From contig JAKSLV010000003.1 in the NCBI GenBank assembly GCA_024401025.1, positions 1,897 to 65,896 of the forward strand: DNA of 64,000 nt, written 5' to 3'. Source of the stretch: Bacteroidales bacterium. GTDB lineage: Bacteria > Bacteroidota > Bacteroidia > Bacteroidales > UBA3824. Below, one piece after another: positions 30,742 through 41,504 of the stretch; position 1 is the stretch's first letter, and every line of letters starts with the position of its first letter. A program made the translations under genes and the position numbers. The notes below the pieces were generated by a model. That model was not told the DNA's origin, ran no database searches, and saw only the letters and a list, made by a program, of their open reading frames with translations.

Positions 30742-31356
30742 GTAATAGAGGCAGACATCCGAGAGTCCGCACTCATGGCATAGCGGCTTGCGCGCCTTGC
30801 ATGTGTATCTGCCGTGCAGTATCAGCCAGTGATGGGCCCGACCAAGCAATTCCTTGGGGAATCCGGCCTCAAGCTGAGCCTCGGCCTTCAATGGTGTCTT
30901 GGCGTCCTTGGTGAGTCCCAAACGTGCCGAAACCCTGAAAACGTGGGTATCCACCGGCATCACCTCGGCGCCCCACAGCACCGATGCCACCACATTGGCG
31001 GTCTTGGGGCCTACGCCGGGGAGTGTCTGAAGCTGCTCAACAGACTTGGGGACCTCGCCGCCAAAATCGCTTACTATCATACGGGCGGCGTCCAGAATAT
31101 CGCGCGCCTTCGAATTTGGATACGATACCGATTTCACATACGAGAGCACCTCGTCGAAAGTGCTGTCAGCCATGGCCCTGGCATCAGGAAAACGATTGAA
31201 AAGCGCCGGCGTTACCATGTTGATGCGCTTGTCGGTGCACTGGGCCGAAAGCCTTACCGCCACCAGCAGCTGAAACGGGTTGCCGTAGTGGAGCTCGGTT
31301 TTGGCATCAGGCATCAGGGCACTGAAATATTCTACTACACGCTGATAGATATCCAT
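30721..31356 (-). CDS. nth: Endonuclease III
   Basis: LSAQCTD, LPGVGPKTA HhH motif, VDTHV, C-x6-C-x2-C-x5-C Fe-S motif. Confidence 0.96.
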   Translation of the reverse strand: MDIYQRVVEYFSALMPDAKTELHYGNPFQLLVAVRLSAQCTDKRINMVTPALFNRFPDARAMADSTFDEVLSYVKSVSYPNSKARDILDAARMIVSDFGGEVPKSVEQLQTLPGVGPKTANVVASVLWGAEVMPVDTHVFRVSARLGLTKDAKTPLKAEAQLEAGFPKELLGRAHHWLILHGRYTCKARKPLCHECGLSDVCLYYNEGMKE

Positions 31357-31362
31357 GGGGAC

Positions 31363-31414
31363 ATTTTCGATTTTTGATTTTTGATTTTCGATTTTCGATT
31401 CGTAATTCGTAATT
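31363..31414. repeat. Heptamer tandem array ATTTTYG x5 plus ATTCGTA x2
   Basis: Fills the plsC-nth intergenic gap. Confidence 0.9.
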
Positions 31415-32171
31415 ACTTAATCTTCTCTGCCTCTGGCACGATGTCGTCCTCGGAGAGGGCAATCACCTTCTGGCGAACCATCTCGGCGGCCTCCTCGGGT
31501 TTCAGGTTTATGTACTCATCTACGGGAACTGGAGTTCCGTATTTAACCTTTACACGGCATGGATGTATGAAGAAGCCCTTGGGAGCCAGCTCGCTGAGGC
31601 CTGATGTTCCGGTAGGGAGTATCGGCACCTTTACGCTCTGAGCCATCCAGAACGGAATCTTCTTGAACTGCTGGATCTTGCCATCATCGCTGCGGTGTCC
31701 CTCGGGGAATACCAGCAACGACGCGTTCTTGGCCTTCATATTGGCGGCGGCGGTCTCGAATGTGCGGAGCGACGCCTTCATATTCTTGCGGTTGATGGGC
31801 AGTGTGCCGTATTTCTTGATGAAGAATCCGTAGATAGGCCAGCTGAAGTGGCTGTCGGCCTCGATGCCGAATGTGTAGTTGGGCAATACCGAACATATCA
31901 CAGGGATATCCCAGAATGTGATGTGGTTGGGCATTATGATGTACGACTGGTTGAAATCGAAGTTTTCGGGATACTCCACCTCCACCTTCACAAACAGGAG
32001 CTTGAACATGAATTTCAGCATGGACCTAACAGTGGCAAAAACCACCTTGGGTGTAGATACAAAAAGTAGTATAATATTGAAAACCAATATTATGAAAGCC
32101 ATATTGAACATTACGTACCACATATAGAGCGATACGAAGAAAAGTCCGATTTTCTTGAAAAAGTTTATCAT
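31413..32171 (-). CDS. plsC: 1-acyl-sn-glycerol-3-phosphate acyltransferase
   Basis: NHITFWD (HX4D), PINR, FPEGHRS motifs. Confidence 0.88.
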   Translation of the reverse strand: MINFFKKIGLFFVSLYMWYVMFNMAFIILVFNIILLFVSTPKVVFATVRSMLKFMFKLLFVKVEVEYPENFDFNQSYIIMPNHITFWDIPVICSVLPNYTFGIEADSHFSWPIYGFFIKKYGTLPINRKNMKASLRTFETAAANMKAKNASLLVFPEGHRSDDGKIQQFKKIPFWMAQSVKVPILPTGTSGLSELAPKGFFIHPCRVKVKYGTPVPVDEYINLKPEEAAEMVRQKVIALSEDDIVPEAEKIK

Positions 32172-32327
32172 TTGTTTACAAAAAAAGTGTTTTTATAACG
32201 ATTTGCAAATTTACAACTAAAAACTCGTTTTCAGAAAAAAAACTTCAACAAATATATCAGATTTTCATTTTTTAATAGTAACTTTGCTCTTGTATAAGGT
32301 ATCAGACTACACTACAAGAAACTGAAA

Positions 32328-34448
32328 ATGAACAAATTCCGCAATATACTCTCTCAAATGTCGTGGGCATCCACGCTAAGGCTGCTGCTCTATGTAATGG
32401 CCTGCATCATAGTATTGTACTCCATACCCAAGGAGGGAAAATTCAAATACGAGTATCAGAAGGGAAGCCCCTGGAGGCACGACAACCTGATAGCGCCATT
32501 CGATTTTGCCATCTACAAGACCGACGCCGAGATAGAGGCCGAGCGCGAGGCCATCCAAAACGACAAGAGGCTGTATTTCCGCCGCGACGACCACATCATG
32601 TACTCGATGCTGGATGTTTTCGGCAAGGAATTCGACAATCTGGTGAAGAAACACACCGAGAGCGACCTCCCTGCCGACAAAAACAACATCTACATGCGTT
32701 TCCGCTCCACAATATACAACAACATAGAGGAGATATACCGCAACGGAATTGTGGAAAACGAGCTTATAACCGGCACCGCCAACGATACCGACAAGGAAGT
32801 GATGCTATCGGTGCTGGACGAGGACATCACCACGCAAATATCAAGCAGCGAGGTGTTTACGCCCAAGGTGGCATACATCTTCATAAAGAACGACATCCAG
32901 AAGTTTGTAACCAAAAACACCAGCAAGCTTTCCGAGGCCGATTTCAAGAAACTGATGTCGATGGCCGAGGAGCTGGCCCCAAGCCAGTGGATAGCGCCCA
33001 ACCTAATCTACGACAACGAGACCACCGAGAAGGTGCTGAACGGCAATCTGGAATCCATAGCGCCCACCCGCGGATTCATGCAGCACGGACAGTGCATCAT
33101 ACGCCAGGGCGAGGTGGTTACCGACGAGGACTTCCGCATTCTGGAATCCCTGCGCCGCGACTACGAGCAAAACAACACCGCCGGCTACAGCTACATCTTC
33201 CTGGGCCAATCGGTGATATACATAATGCTCTTTGTGCTGATATACCTGTTTTTCAGGACTTTCCGCCGCGAGATTTTCTATCAGACCAAATATTCTGCCC
33301 TGATACTGGTGATGATAACATTCACCATAGCAATGATGAGCATAGTAATAAGGTATCATCTGGTGAACATCTGGCTGCTGCCGTTCCTGCTGCTGGCCAT
33401 CATCATCAAGACTTTCTTCGATACCAGAACGGGCATGTTCCTCCACATCGTTACCTGCGTGGCCGTAAGCTTCCTTACACCCAACTCGTTTGAGTATTTC
33501 GTGATGCAGTTTATCCCCGGATACTTCCTGCTGATGAGCTACGAGAAGCTAAACCGACGCAGCCAGGCGTTCCTAACCTCGATAATATGTTTTGCGCTAT
33601 ACGCCGTAATCTACATAAGTTTCGAGCTTATCTACACCGGCCTGCCCAACGAGGTAAACTACCACAACCTGATACCGCTGGGCCTCAACTGCATAATGCT
33701 GCTGATGGCCTATCCGCTGATATATCTGTTCGAGAAGCTTTTCGGCCTCTTGAGCGATGTTACCCTGCTGGAGCTTGCCGACAGCAACCGCCCTCTGCTG
33801 CGCCGCATGGCCGAGGAGACTCCGGGAACTTTCCAGCACTGCATGCAGGTGGCAAATCTAGCTGAGGCTGCCATTTACAAGATAGGCGGCAACAGTCACC
33901 TTGCACGTACCGGCGCACTCTACCACGATATCGGCAAGCTGGCCGCTCCGATGTATTTTACTGAAAACCAAGTATCAGGAATAAACCCACACGACCAGCT
34001 GGACTACCAGAAATCGGCCGAGATAATAAAGAACCACGTAATAAAAGGCGTGGAGATAGCCAAGGAATACAATCTGCCGATACAGATAATCGACTTCATA
34101 AAAACCCACCACGGCACATCCAAGACGGGATATTTCTACATCATGTACAAGAAAGAGCATCCCGACGAAGACTGCGACGCGCTGTTCACGTATCCCGGCC
34201 CTCGCCCCATCAACAAGGAGATGGCGGTGGTGATGATGGCGGATTCAATAGAGGCCGCATCGCGCAGCCTCAAGAAATACGATACAGAAACCATCTCCAC
34301 CCTGGTGGAAAACATCGTAAACGGCCAGATTAGCAACAAGCAGTTTGATGTCACCAACCTTACTTTCAAGGATATCGACACCGTAAAGGAGCTCTTCAAG
34401 GAAAAGCTCAGAAACATCTACCACGCAAGAATCGAGTATCCGAAATAG
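32328..34448 (+). CDS. 7TM-HD (HDIG) phosphohydrolase, PgpH-like
   Basis: Extracellular domain, 7 TM helices, PGTFQH, YHDIGK, THHGT, MMADSIEAASRS. Confidence 0.9.
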   Translation: MNKFRNILSQMSWASTLRLLLYVMACIIVLYSIPKEGKFKYEYQKGSPWRHDNLIAPFDFAIYKTDAEIEAEREAIQNDKRLYFRRDDHIMYSMLDVFGKEFDNLVKKHTESDLPADKNNIYMRFRSTIYNNIEEIYRNGIVENELITGTANDTDKEVMLSVLDEDITTQISSSEVFTPKVAYIFIKNDIQKFVTKNTSKLSEADFKKLMSMAEELAPSQWIAPNLIYDNETTEKVLNGNLESIAPTRGFMQHGQCIIRQGEVVTDEDFRILESLRRDYEQNNTAGYSYIFLGQSVIYIMLFVLIYLFFRTFRREIFYQTKYSALILVMITFTIAMMSIVIRYHLVNIWLLPFLLLAIIIKTFFDTRTGMFLHIVTCVAVSFLTPNSFEYFVMQFIPGYFLLMSYEKLNRRSQAFLTSIICFALYAVIYISFELIYTGLPNEVNYHNLIPLGLNCIMLLMAYPLIYLFEKLFGLLSDVTLLELADSNRPLLRRMAEETPGTFQHCMQVANLAEAAIYKIGGNSHLARTGALYHDIGKLAAPMYFTENQVSGINPHDQLDYQKSAEIIKNHVIKGVEIAKEYNLPIQIIDFIKTHHGTSKTGYFYIMYKKEHPDEDCDALFTYPGPRPINKEMAVVMMADSIEAASRSLKKYDTETISTLVENIVNGQISNKQFDVTNLTFKDIDTVKELFKEKLRNIYHARIEYPK

Positions 34449-34449
34449 T

Positions 34450-34480
34450 ATCAGTGTCATCTGTGTTATCAGTGTGATAA
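34450..34480 (-). repeat. Dispersed palindromic element, half copy B
   Basis: atcagtgtcatctgtgttatcagtgtgataa matches the right arm of copies C-F. Confidence 0.8.
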
Positions 34481-34496
34481 ATTACATTATTAATAT

Positions 34497-34542
34497 CAAA
34501 AGCCCGTTCCAAAAGCGAAATGCTTCCGGAACGGGCTTTTTT
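34497..34542. terminator. Bidirectional terminator
   Basis: aaaagcccgttcc / ggaacgggctttt. Confidence 0.8.
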
Positions 34543-34562
34543 GTTAGATATGTGAGTTTTTG

Positions 34563-37500
34563 CTATCTCATTGGAGGACGGCCGCCGCCGAATCCACCGC
34601 CTGCTGGACGCTGACCGCCGCCGAAACCGCCGCCATTGCCGCCATTGCCACCGCGTCCGCCGCCGTTGCCGGGTCCGAATTCACCGTTGCCGGGTCCGAA
34701 TCCGCCGTTGTTGTTGTCGGCTGGTGCCTTGTTGCCCTTGTCGCCCTTGTTCTTGGTGAAACGCCATACAAGGTGGAGAAGTGCGTATGAAGGAATCACG
34801 TTGCTGTAGGTTTCGGTGTGTCCCTGAGCATTAACAGTGTAGCGGATGTTGCTGAGGTTGTGGAGAAGGTCGAATGCGTCAAGCATCAGGGTAACCTTGC
34901 CCTTGAAGAGGGTCTTGCTGACACGGGCGTTGAACACAAGCTCGTCGGTGTTCATCTCGGCACCCGACATGCCTCGGCGAGTATACATTGTAAGGTCTGA
35001 TGACAGCTGGAGTCCGCCAGGGAGCTGAAGCTGAAGCGAGCCGCCGTAGTTGACGTTCCAAACGTTCTGAGCATTGAATCCGGCACGCTCCGATTGTGTC
35101 TTGGTGTTGCTTACTGTAGAATTAAGGCCAAACTGGAACACGCCGTTAAGCTTGCAGTCGTAGCGGAGCGAACCCTGAGTGTTGTGGCTGCCCACTACCG
35201 AGCGAACGGGAGCCGATGCAGTGGCCGATGTGCTGGAGAGGTCCACGCTGTTGGTGAAGCCGTAGCTTACATTGGCGTTTACAACGTTGCGCTGGTCCTT
35301 GTCGATAGGAATCGATGTGCCGAGCGATGAGTTGAATTTCCAGTTGCCATCCACATTCTGAGGAGTGCGCACCTTTACGCCGGTGGTGGGATCGTAGATG
35401 TAACCCATTGCCACCTCGTTGTTAGTGGCCTGGAACGATGCCGAAGCGTTTACCTGATACCTGTCGGCAAACTTGTCGCGGTAACGGGCGTTAAGCCTGT
35501 GCGATATTGAGTTCTCCAGGTTAGGATTGCCGTGAGTGATGTTGAGAGGATCGCGGGTATCCACCAGGTCAACGGTCTGGGTAAGGGTTGGCGCATTGAA
35601 ACCGATGTTGTATGAGAGGTTGATCTGCTGACCCTTCTGCCAGTTGTTTCTCATGAAGCTGATGCTTGGCTCTGCGAAAGTGGTGGTGCGGCTAAGAGCT
35701 GTATCCACGCCGCCCTTTCTGTAATCGATGTTCTCGCTCTTGGTTGGCACCGACACGCGCAGGTTGATGTTGGAGAATCCGCCCCTCTCGGCTCTGATTC
35801 TCATAGAATAGCCCAACTCGGGAGTTCCTGTGTTTACAATGTTGTGGGTGTACGAGCTATTGGTGATATCCTCACAGAGAGCCAGTTCCTTCACCGATGG
35901 CAGCATGCCGAGCTCCCTCTCGCCGCTGTTCCATCCTTCCAGAATCTGAAGCATGTAGAGCGATTGGTTGGTCTCGGTGTTGTTGTAGTTGTAGGTATAG
36001 TTGGCTGATACGTTGTGTATCATGTCGTCGTCGAGTGCGTAGTTGATACCGGCTCCCACAGTGGCCTTGTTGGAGTTGGAGAAATTGTCGTTGTAGCGGT
36101 TCTGGTCAAGATCGGGCTGATTGTCGTTTCTATACTCGGTAAGTCTGTGCTCGAAGCTTGGAGTGCTGTTGTCGCTGAAGTCGTAGCTGGCGTTCACGCT
36201 CATCATCAGCCTGTCGTTGTAGAGAGGCGATGCGTTGGCCCTGGTGTTTACTCTGGCAGTCCACTCGTGACCCTCGCCCTCGGCGCGTGTTACGCTTCGG
36301 TTTACGGCATACATTGTAAGGATGTCGCCGGCCACTGGATTCAGGAGGCTGTCGAGCCACTCCTTGCCCCAGCCCTCGCGCATGTCCTTGTCGAGGTTGG
36401 CTGATGCGTTCAGCGAGTTGTTGTCGTAGTGGTGGTAGCTGGCGTTTACGTTAACATCGGCAAACACGTTCTTGAAAGTATTCAGTACAGGCTTTGTGCG
36501 CTGGTTGTAGTTGAATCTGTGCTGAGTCTGCACACGAGTGTCGTAAGAGTTTCGCAGATTGTAGTTTCGTCCAAAGGTGGAGTTTGTGGTCTGCGACATC
36601 TGGTCGAACACCTCCTGAGTGCTGTTGCCCCAAGTGTTGTTGGTGCTCTCGGAATAGGTAACGTTGCCCGATCCGTTGTATCTCATAATGTCGCCCTCCG
36701 AATATCTGTTTCCGGTAACACCCAGCTTGTAGGTCTCCATGAGGCCTGTGCTCTGCTGAAGCGGAGTCCAGCTGCCCTGGTCGCCCGGATCGCGGTAGTC
36801 GTTCAGGTTGTTGATGTTGGCGAATATCGACAGGCGCGATTTGTCGGAGAATCTGGAAGCGAAGAGACGGGCCAGATACTTGTCGGCCTCAAATTCCTCC
36901 ACATCATACATCGATGCTCCAAGACCGCCCTCCAGGTTGAAGATCCAGCCCTTGGAATACTCGCGCTTCATCTTCACGTTCATTACGGTCTCTTTCTCCA
37001 CCTGGTCCTCAAGCGGAGTGCCCACATACTCGCGAGGAGTCTGCTCGTGCACGCCGATGTTCTTAATCATATATGCAGGCAGGTTCTCCAGGAAGAGTTC
37101 CTTGTCCTGATCCAGGAGCTCGCGGCCGTTAAGCTGAAGCTCGCTCACCTTCTTTCCGTTCACGTAGATCTCGCCGCCGTCCTTAAGCTCCACGCCCGGA
37201 AGCTTCTTTATCAGCGCATCGAGCATCGATCCCTCGGCCATCTGGAAAGCCGTGGCGTCGTATACCAGGGTATCGCCGTTGGTGTAGAATTTCAATCGGG
37301 TGGCTGTTACGGTAACCTCGTCGAGCTGAACCTCGTCGAGCTTGGTCTCCCTCTGCATGTAGATGATGTCGAGATTCTTGAACTTCTCGTTCTTGTGGAA
37401 TCTCTCAAGGTTGAAAGGCACATACTTAACCTTGAACTCAGGAGCCCAGATGCGTATCTGATACTCGCCCACCTGGGTAACGGTAAACGTGAAGCTGCTG

Positions 37501-37724
37501 CTTCGGCGGTTTCCCCAGCCCCAGATGCGTACGTCGGCCGTATCCACACAGCGTCCGTCCTTTATGATTTCCACTATCATGGTGTCAAGGCATTTCTGCG
37601 ATAGAAAATCCTTCACCTCCGCGCTCACCTGCAGTTTCTGCTGCGAGGCGGTCTCATCGTTTTGGGCCAATGCCGATACTGCAAAACAGCATATCAGCAA
37701 AACCATCGACAATAACTTTTTCAT
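34563..37724 (-). CDS. Outer-membrane beta-barrel protein (TonB-dependent receptor-like) with Gly-rich tail
   Basis: Signal peptide; LDEVTVTA, GDTLVYDA, KKLPGVE plug region; GNPNL; last strand YALLHLVWRF then GGFG-rich tail. Confidence 0.85.
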   Translation of the reverse strand: MKKLLSMVLLICCFAVSALAQNDETASQQKLQVSAEVKDFLSQKCLDTMIVEIIKDGRCVDTADVRIWGWGNRRSSSFTFTVTQVGEYQIRIWAPEFKVKYVPFNLERFHKNEKFKNLDIIYMQRETKLDEVQLDEVTVTATRLKFYTNGDTLVYDATAFQMAEGSMLDALIKKLPGVELKDGGEIYVNGKKVSELQLNGRELLDQDKELFLENLPAYMIKNIGVHEQTPREYVGTPLEDQVEKETVMNVKMKREYSKGWIFNLEGGLGASMYDVEEFEADKYLARLFASRFSDKSRLSIFANINNLNDYRDPGDQGSWTPLQQSTGLMETYKLGVTGNRYSEGDIMRYNGSGNVTYSESTNNTWGNSTQEVFDQMSQTTNSTFGRNYNLRNSYDTRVQTQHRFNYNQRTKPVLNTFKNVFADVNVNASYHHYDNNSLNASANLDKDMREGWGKEWLDSLLNPVAGDILTMYAVNRSVTRAEGEGHEWTARVNTRANASPLYNDRLMMSVNASYDFSDNSTPSFEHRLTEYRNDNQPDLDQNRYNDNFSNSNKATVGAGINYALDDDMIHNVSANYTYNYNNTETNQSLYMLQILEGWNSGERELGMLPSVKELALCEDITNSSYTHNIVNTGTPELGYSMRIRAERGGFSNINLRVSVPTKSENIDYRKGGVDTALSRTTTFAEPSISFMRNNWQKGQQINLSYNIGFNAPTLTQTVDLVDTRDPLNITHGNPNLENSISHRLNARYRDKFADRYQVNASASFQATNNEVAMGYIYDPTTGVKVRTPQNVDGNWKFNSSLGTSIPIDKDQRNVVNANVSYGFTNSVDLSSTSATASAPVRSVVGSHNTQGSLRYDCKLNGVFQFGLNSTVSNTKTQSERAGFNAQNVWNVNYGGSLQLQLPGGLQLSSDLTMYTRRGMSGAEMNTDELVFNARVSKTLFKGKVTLMLDAFDLLHNLSNIRYTVNAQGHTETYSNVIPSYALLHLVWRFTKNKGDKGNKAPADNNNGGFGPGNGEFGPGNGGGRGGNGGNGGGFGGGQRPAGGGFGGGRPPMR

Positions 37725-37769
37725 AACTTTTTTTTGATGATTGTATTTTCTTGTTTGACGATATTAATC

Positions 37770-37910
37770 TAACTAAAGATTCGACGAATTGGAAAGTTCC
37801 GCACAGATATCACAGATTTCTTTGGATAATATCACGTAATAATAATCTGTGAAAAATCAGTGTCATCTGTGTCATCAGTGCGATAAAAACAATTCGTCGA
37901 ACTTACGTTA
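37770..37910 (-). repeat. Dispersed palindromic element, copy C (most complete, with terminal inverted repeats); MITE/REP-like
   Basis: taactaaagattcgacgaattg ... caattcgtcgaacttacgtta around cacagat/atctgtg 9-mer arms. Confidence 0.9.
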
Positions 37911-37987
37911 CATTACGATTGACTAGCAAAAGCAGGCAGAGTTTAATACAGGCGCAAAATTATTTTGGAAACAGCAGCCTCAGGCCG

Positions 37988-38027
37988 AAAAGAAAAAAAG
38001 GCACAGATACTTTAAATACCTGTGCCT
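37988..38027 (-). terminator. Terminator after pyrI
   Basis: aggcacagata / tacctgtgcct stem, T-tract on minus strand. Confidence 0.75.
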
Positions 38028-38062
38028 CAATGTATTTATTTATGTATTTCCTGATGCTTGCA

Positions 38063-38521
38063 TTACAGGAGCGTAAAGTGCTCGCTGTCGGTAATCTTGC
38101 CGCAATAATGACACCTCAGCGATACCGAATCGTCCTTTACAACCTCGAACTTGGTCTGCATGGGCTCCGAGTTGGTGATGCACTTGGGGTTGATGCACTT
38201 GCAGAGGCCCACCACCGAATCGGGCAGCTGCACGGGTTTCTTGTCGATAACCTCGTAGTTGCGGATGATGTTGAGGTTTGCCGTGGGAGCGATTAGCGCA
38301 ATCTTGTTGATCTCGCTGTCGGCAAAAAACTTGTCGGCCACCTTTATGATGGCTTTCTTGCCCATCGACTTTGATTCCAGGTTTCCGCCAAATGTAACCT
38401 GGTTTGGCATGTGCTCGAAATCCAGGATCTTTATCACCTTGAAGAGGTCCTTGGCAGGTATATGGTCGATAACGGTGCCGTCCTTTATGGCACTTACTAT
38501 AAGTTCCTTCTTGTTGCTCAT
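38063..38521 (-). CDS. pyrI: Aspartate carbamoyltransferase regulatory subunit
   Basis: AIKDGTVIDHI, CINPKCIT, CHYC zinc motifs. Confidence 0.97.
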   Translation of the reverse strand: MSNKKELIVSAIKDGTVIDHIPAKDLFKVIKILDFEHMPNQVTFGGNLESKSMGKKAIIKVADKFFADSEINKIALIAPTANLNIIRNYEVIDKKPVQLPDSVVGLCKCINPKCITNSEPMQTKFEVVKDDSVSLRCHYCGKITDSEHFTLL

Positions 38522-38566
38522 AATAACTAAATTTGTGTGAAACTATAAAAACACAATGTCCTGATG

Positions 38567-39478
38567 CTACTTCTTTAGGCCCAGCACGTATGATATCACA
38601 GCCTGACGGGCGTACACGCCGTTCATGGCCTGCTCGAAATAGTATGCGTGAGGATTGGAATCCACATCCTGGCTAATCTCGTTGATGCGTGGCAACGGGT
38701 GCAGAATCTTCATCGAAGGCTTTGCGTTGGCCAGCATCGAGTTCTTGAGAACATAGAAATCCTTTGTTTTCTCGTACTCCACCTGGTCGGTGAATCTCTC
38801 CTTCTGCACGCGTGTCATGTAGATAACGTCGGCCTCAGGGATAAGGTCGGCAAACTGCTCATGCTCGTAATACTTTACGCCCTTGCTGTCGAGATACTGC
38901 TTGTACTCGTTTGGCATGCGGAGCTTCTGATGCGACACGAAATGGAAAACGGGGTTGAAAGGCGCCATGGCCTGCACCAGCGAGTGCACTGTGCGTCCAT
39001 ACTTTAGGTCGCCCACCATGAAGATGTTTATATTATCCAGCCTGCCCTGAGTCTTCTTTATAGAGTACATATCGAGGAGGGTTTGTGTGGGGTGCTGATG
39101 CGCGCCATCGCCGGCATTCACCACGGGCACAGTGGCCACCTCGCTGGCGTAGCGGCTGCTTCCCTCCAATGGGTGGCGCATCACTATAAGGTCGCAGTAG
39201 TTGGATACAATCCTTATTGTGTCCTTAAGGGTCTCGCCCTTGGAAACGCTGGAGATATTTGGATCGGAGAATCCGATAACGCGGCCTCCCATGCGGTTGA
39301 CGGCGCTCTCGAAACTGAGACGGGTGCGGGTGCTGGGCTCAAAAAACAGAGTAGACACCACCTTGCCATCCAGGAGATGAGGCTCGGGCTTTTTCTCGAA
39401 ATCTGCCGCAATCTCCAATACTCTAAGTATCTCGTCGGTAGAGAAGTCGGTTATAGATATCAGACTATTATTTTCCAT
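38567..39478 (-). CDS. pyrB: Aspartate carbamoyltransferase catalytic subunit
   Basis: [26 protein letters not shown]; start taken at MENNS. Confidence 0.97.
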   Translation of the reverse strand: MENNSLISITDFSTDEILRVLEIAADFEKKPEPHLLDGKVVSTLFFEPSTRTRLSFESAVNRMGGRVIGFSDPNISSVSKGETLKDTIRIVSNYCDLIVMRHPLEGSSRYASEVATVPVVNAGDGAHQHPTQTLLDMYSIKKTQGRLDNINIFMVGDLKYGRTVHSLVQAMAPFNPVFHFVSHQKLRMPNEYKQYLDSKGVKYYEHEQFADLIPEADVIYMTRVQKERFTDQVEYEKTKDFYVLKNSMLANAKPSMKILHPLPRINEISQDVDSNPHAYYFEQAMNGVYARQAVISYVLGLKK

Positions 39479-39643
39479 ACTATTTACAATTTGTATTAGT
39501 TGATAATTTCTGAAATGCAAATATAGAAAACTTCCATGAAAAAAAAGCCGGCAAAAAGAAAATTTTTGCTACAAAAAAAATATGACAGATTGCAAAAAAA
39601 TATATATCTTTGCAATTCGAAACACCGAATCAATTAGTACACA

Positions 39644-40300
39644 ATGGAATCATATCAAGACACCCCCCGCTACCTGGTATCGGTAGACTGTGTGATCTTC
39701 GGCTACGAGGACGAGAAGCTGAAAGTGCTGCTCTGCCCCCGCCTGGTGGAGCCCAACTACGGAGCGTGGTCGCTGATGGGCGGTTTCGTAATGCCCGAGG
39801 AGAGCCTCGACCAAGCCGCCAGCCGCGTGCTTAAGAGCACCGTGGGCCTCGAGAACATCTACCTGAAACAGGTGAGGACATTCTCGGAGCCCAACCGCGA
39901 CACCGGCGGCAGGGTGATAAGCCAGGCGTATTTCGCACTAATAAGGCTATCCGAGCAGGACCGCAGGCTGGTAAGCAGCATGGGCGGACAGTGGTGGGAG
40001 ATAAAGAAACTGCCCACCCTGATATTCGACCACCAGGAGATGGTGGACGAATCGCTCAGGAGGCTCCAGCAGGTGGCTTTCACCAACCTGATAGGCCGCG
40101 AGCTGATGCCGGAGAAATTCACACTGTCGCAGCTCCACAAACTGTACAGCGTGGTGTTCGGCAAAACATTCGATTCGGCCAACTTCCGCAAGAAGATACT
40201 GGCCACACAGCAGCTCGTGAAACTCGACGAGAAGGAAACGATGTCGAGCAAGAAGGGCGCCTTCTACTACAGATTCAAGAAAAACGAGGAAGAGCAATAA
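39644..40300 (+). CDS. NrtR-family NUDIX-wHTH regulator (AraR-like)
   Basis: SVDCVIFG, WSLMGGFV, degenerate Nudix box, LIFDH, FTLSQL, NFRKK. Confidence 0.85.
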   Translation: MESYQDTPRYLVSVDCVIFGYEDEKLKVLLCPRLVEPNYGAWSLMGGFVMPEESLDQAASRVLKSTVGLENIYLKQVRTFSEPNRDTGGRVISQAYFALIRLSEQDRRLVSSMGGQWWEIKKLPTLIFDHQEMVDESLRRLQQVAFTNLIGRELMPEKFTLSQLHKLYSVVFGKTFDSANFRKKILATQQLVKLDEKETMSSKKGAFYYRFKKNEEEQ

Positions 40301-40321
40301 AACCACCAAAGCCAACCAACA

Positions 40322-40969
40322 ATGCTAAGCACCACCACACTTATAATAATCGGCACCTGCGTGATATCGCTGGCGGCCATGGAGAGGCAGAACATAATGC
40401 CGGAATCGCTGCAGAGGCCCGAGTGGATGGGCAAGCTGAAATTCAACGCCCACTTGGCATGGCACAAGCATCAGCTATACAGGCTGCTTACACACGGCCT
40501 TGTGCACGCCGACCTCCTGCACCTGGCCTTCAACATGATAACGCTGTTTTTCTTCGGCGATCTGGTGGAGAAATTCATGCAGGCCTACATAGGCGAAACC
40601 GCCGGCAAGCTGGCATACATAGCCCTGTACGTATCAGCGCTGGCTGTGGCCTCCAGCGTAGACCTGGTAAGATACAAGGACACGCCGGCCTACAACGCCG
40701 TGGGAGCATCAGGCGCGGTATCGGCGGTGCTGTTTGCCGCCATCATGTACAATCCCACAATGAGGATATCCCTGCTGCTGATACCCGTACCCGCCCCCGC
40801 ATGGGTGTTCGGCATACTGTACCTGGCATACTGCATATACATGGCCAAGCGCGGAGGCGACAACATAGGACACACTGCCCACACGCTGGGCGCAGTATAC
40901 GGCCTTATATTCCCCCTGATGCTGAACCCCATGACATTTATGGCGTTCCTCCACAAGCTGGGATTATAG
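40322..40969 (+). CDS. Rhomboid intramembrane serine protease
   Basis: HLAFNM, GASG, AHTLGA. Confidence 0.92.
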   Translation: MLSTTTLIIIGTCVISLAAMERQNIMPESLQRPEWMGKLKFNAHLAWHKHQLYRLLTHGLVHADLLHLAFNMITLFFFGDLVEKFMQAYIGETAGKLAYIALYVSALAVASSVDLVRYKDTPAYNAVGASGAVSAVLFAAIMYNPTMRISLLLIPVPAPAWVFGILYLAYCIYMAKRGGDNIGHTAHTLGAVYGLIFPLMLNPMTFMAFLHKLGL

Positions 40970-40996
40970 CCGCAACATAAAAAAACAAAAGGAAAA

Positions 40997-41497
40997 ATGA
41001 AAACCAAACTGGCAATACTGGACCGCGACGGAGTTATCGACAACAACTCCAAATGCTACTACGTATACAAGAGGGAGCACTTCGAGTTCAATCCCGGCGT
41101 GCTGGATGCCCTGAGGCTGCTCCATAAGGGCGGATACACCATAGCCATAGTATCCAACCAGAGCGGAATAGCCAAGGGGGAATACAGCCTGGGCGAAGTA
41201 TCAGACCTCCACGAATGGATGTGCCAGGAGATAGCCCGGGCCGGCGGATACGTGGACCCATCCAGGATATACATCTGCCCCCACCATCCCAGCAAGACCA
41301 ACTGCCTGTGCCGCAAGCCCAAGCCGCTGCTGCTGCAGAAGGCCATGGCTGAGGCTGGGGCTGATACCGGCAGCACCATATTCATAGGCGACGCCATTAC
41401 CGACGTGCAGGCCGGCCAGGCTGCCGGAATAGCCACCTACAAGGTGGAGCCCAACGGAAACCTGCTGCATCAGCTACAGAAAATGAACCTAATTTGA
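40997..41497 (+). CDS. gmhB: HAD-IIIA phosphatase (heptose 1,7-bisphosphate phosphatase-like)
   Basis: LDRDGVI, SNQSG, CPHH...CLCRKP, IGD. Confidence 0.85.
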   Translation: MKTKLAILDRDGVIDNNSKCYYVYKREHFEFNPGVLDALRLLHKGGYTIAIVSNQSGIAKGEYSLGEVSDLHEWMCQEIARAGGYVDPSRIYICPHHPSKTNCLCRKPKPLLLQKAMAEAGADTGSTIFIGDAITDVQAGQAAGIATYKVEPNGNLLHQLQKMNLI

Positions 41498-41504
41498 CAG
41501 AGAT

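Noticed and set aside
34563-34720. Gly-rich repeat tail of the outer-membrane barrel protein
   Set aside because: Such GGFG/RPPM tails are familiar in this Bacteroidales protein family; kept as annotation only
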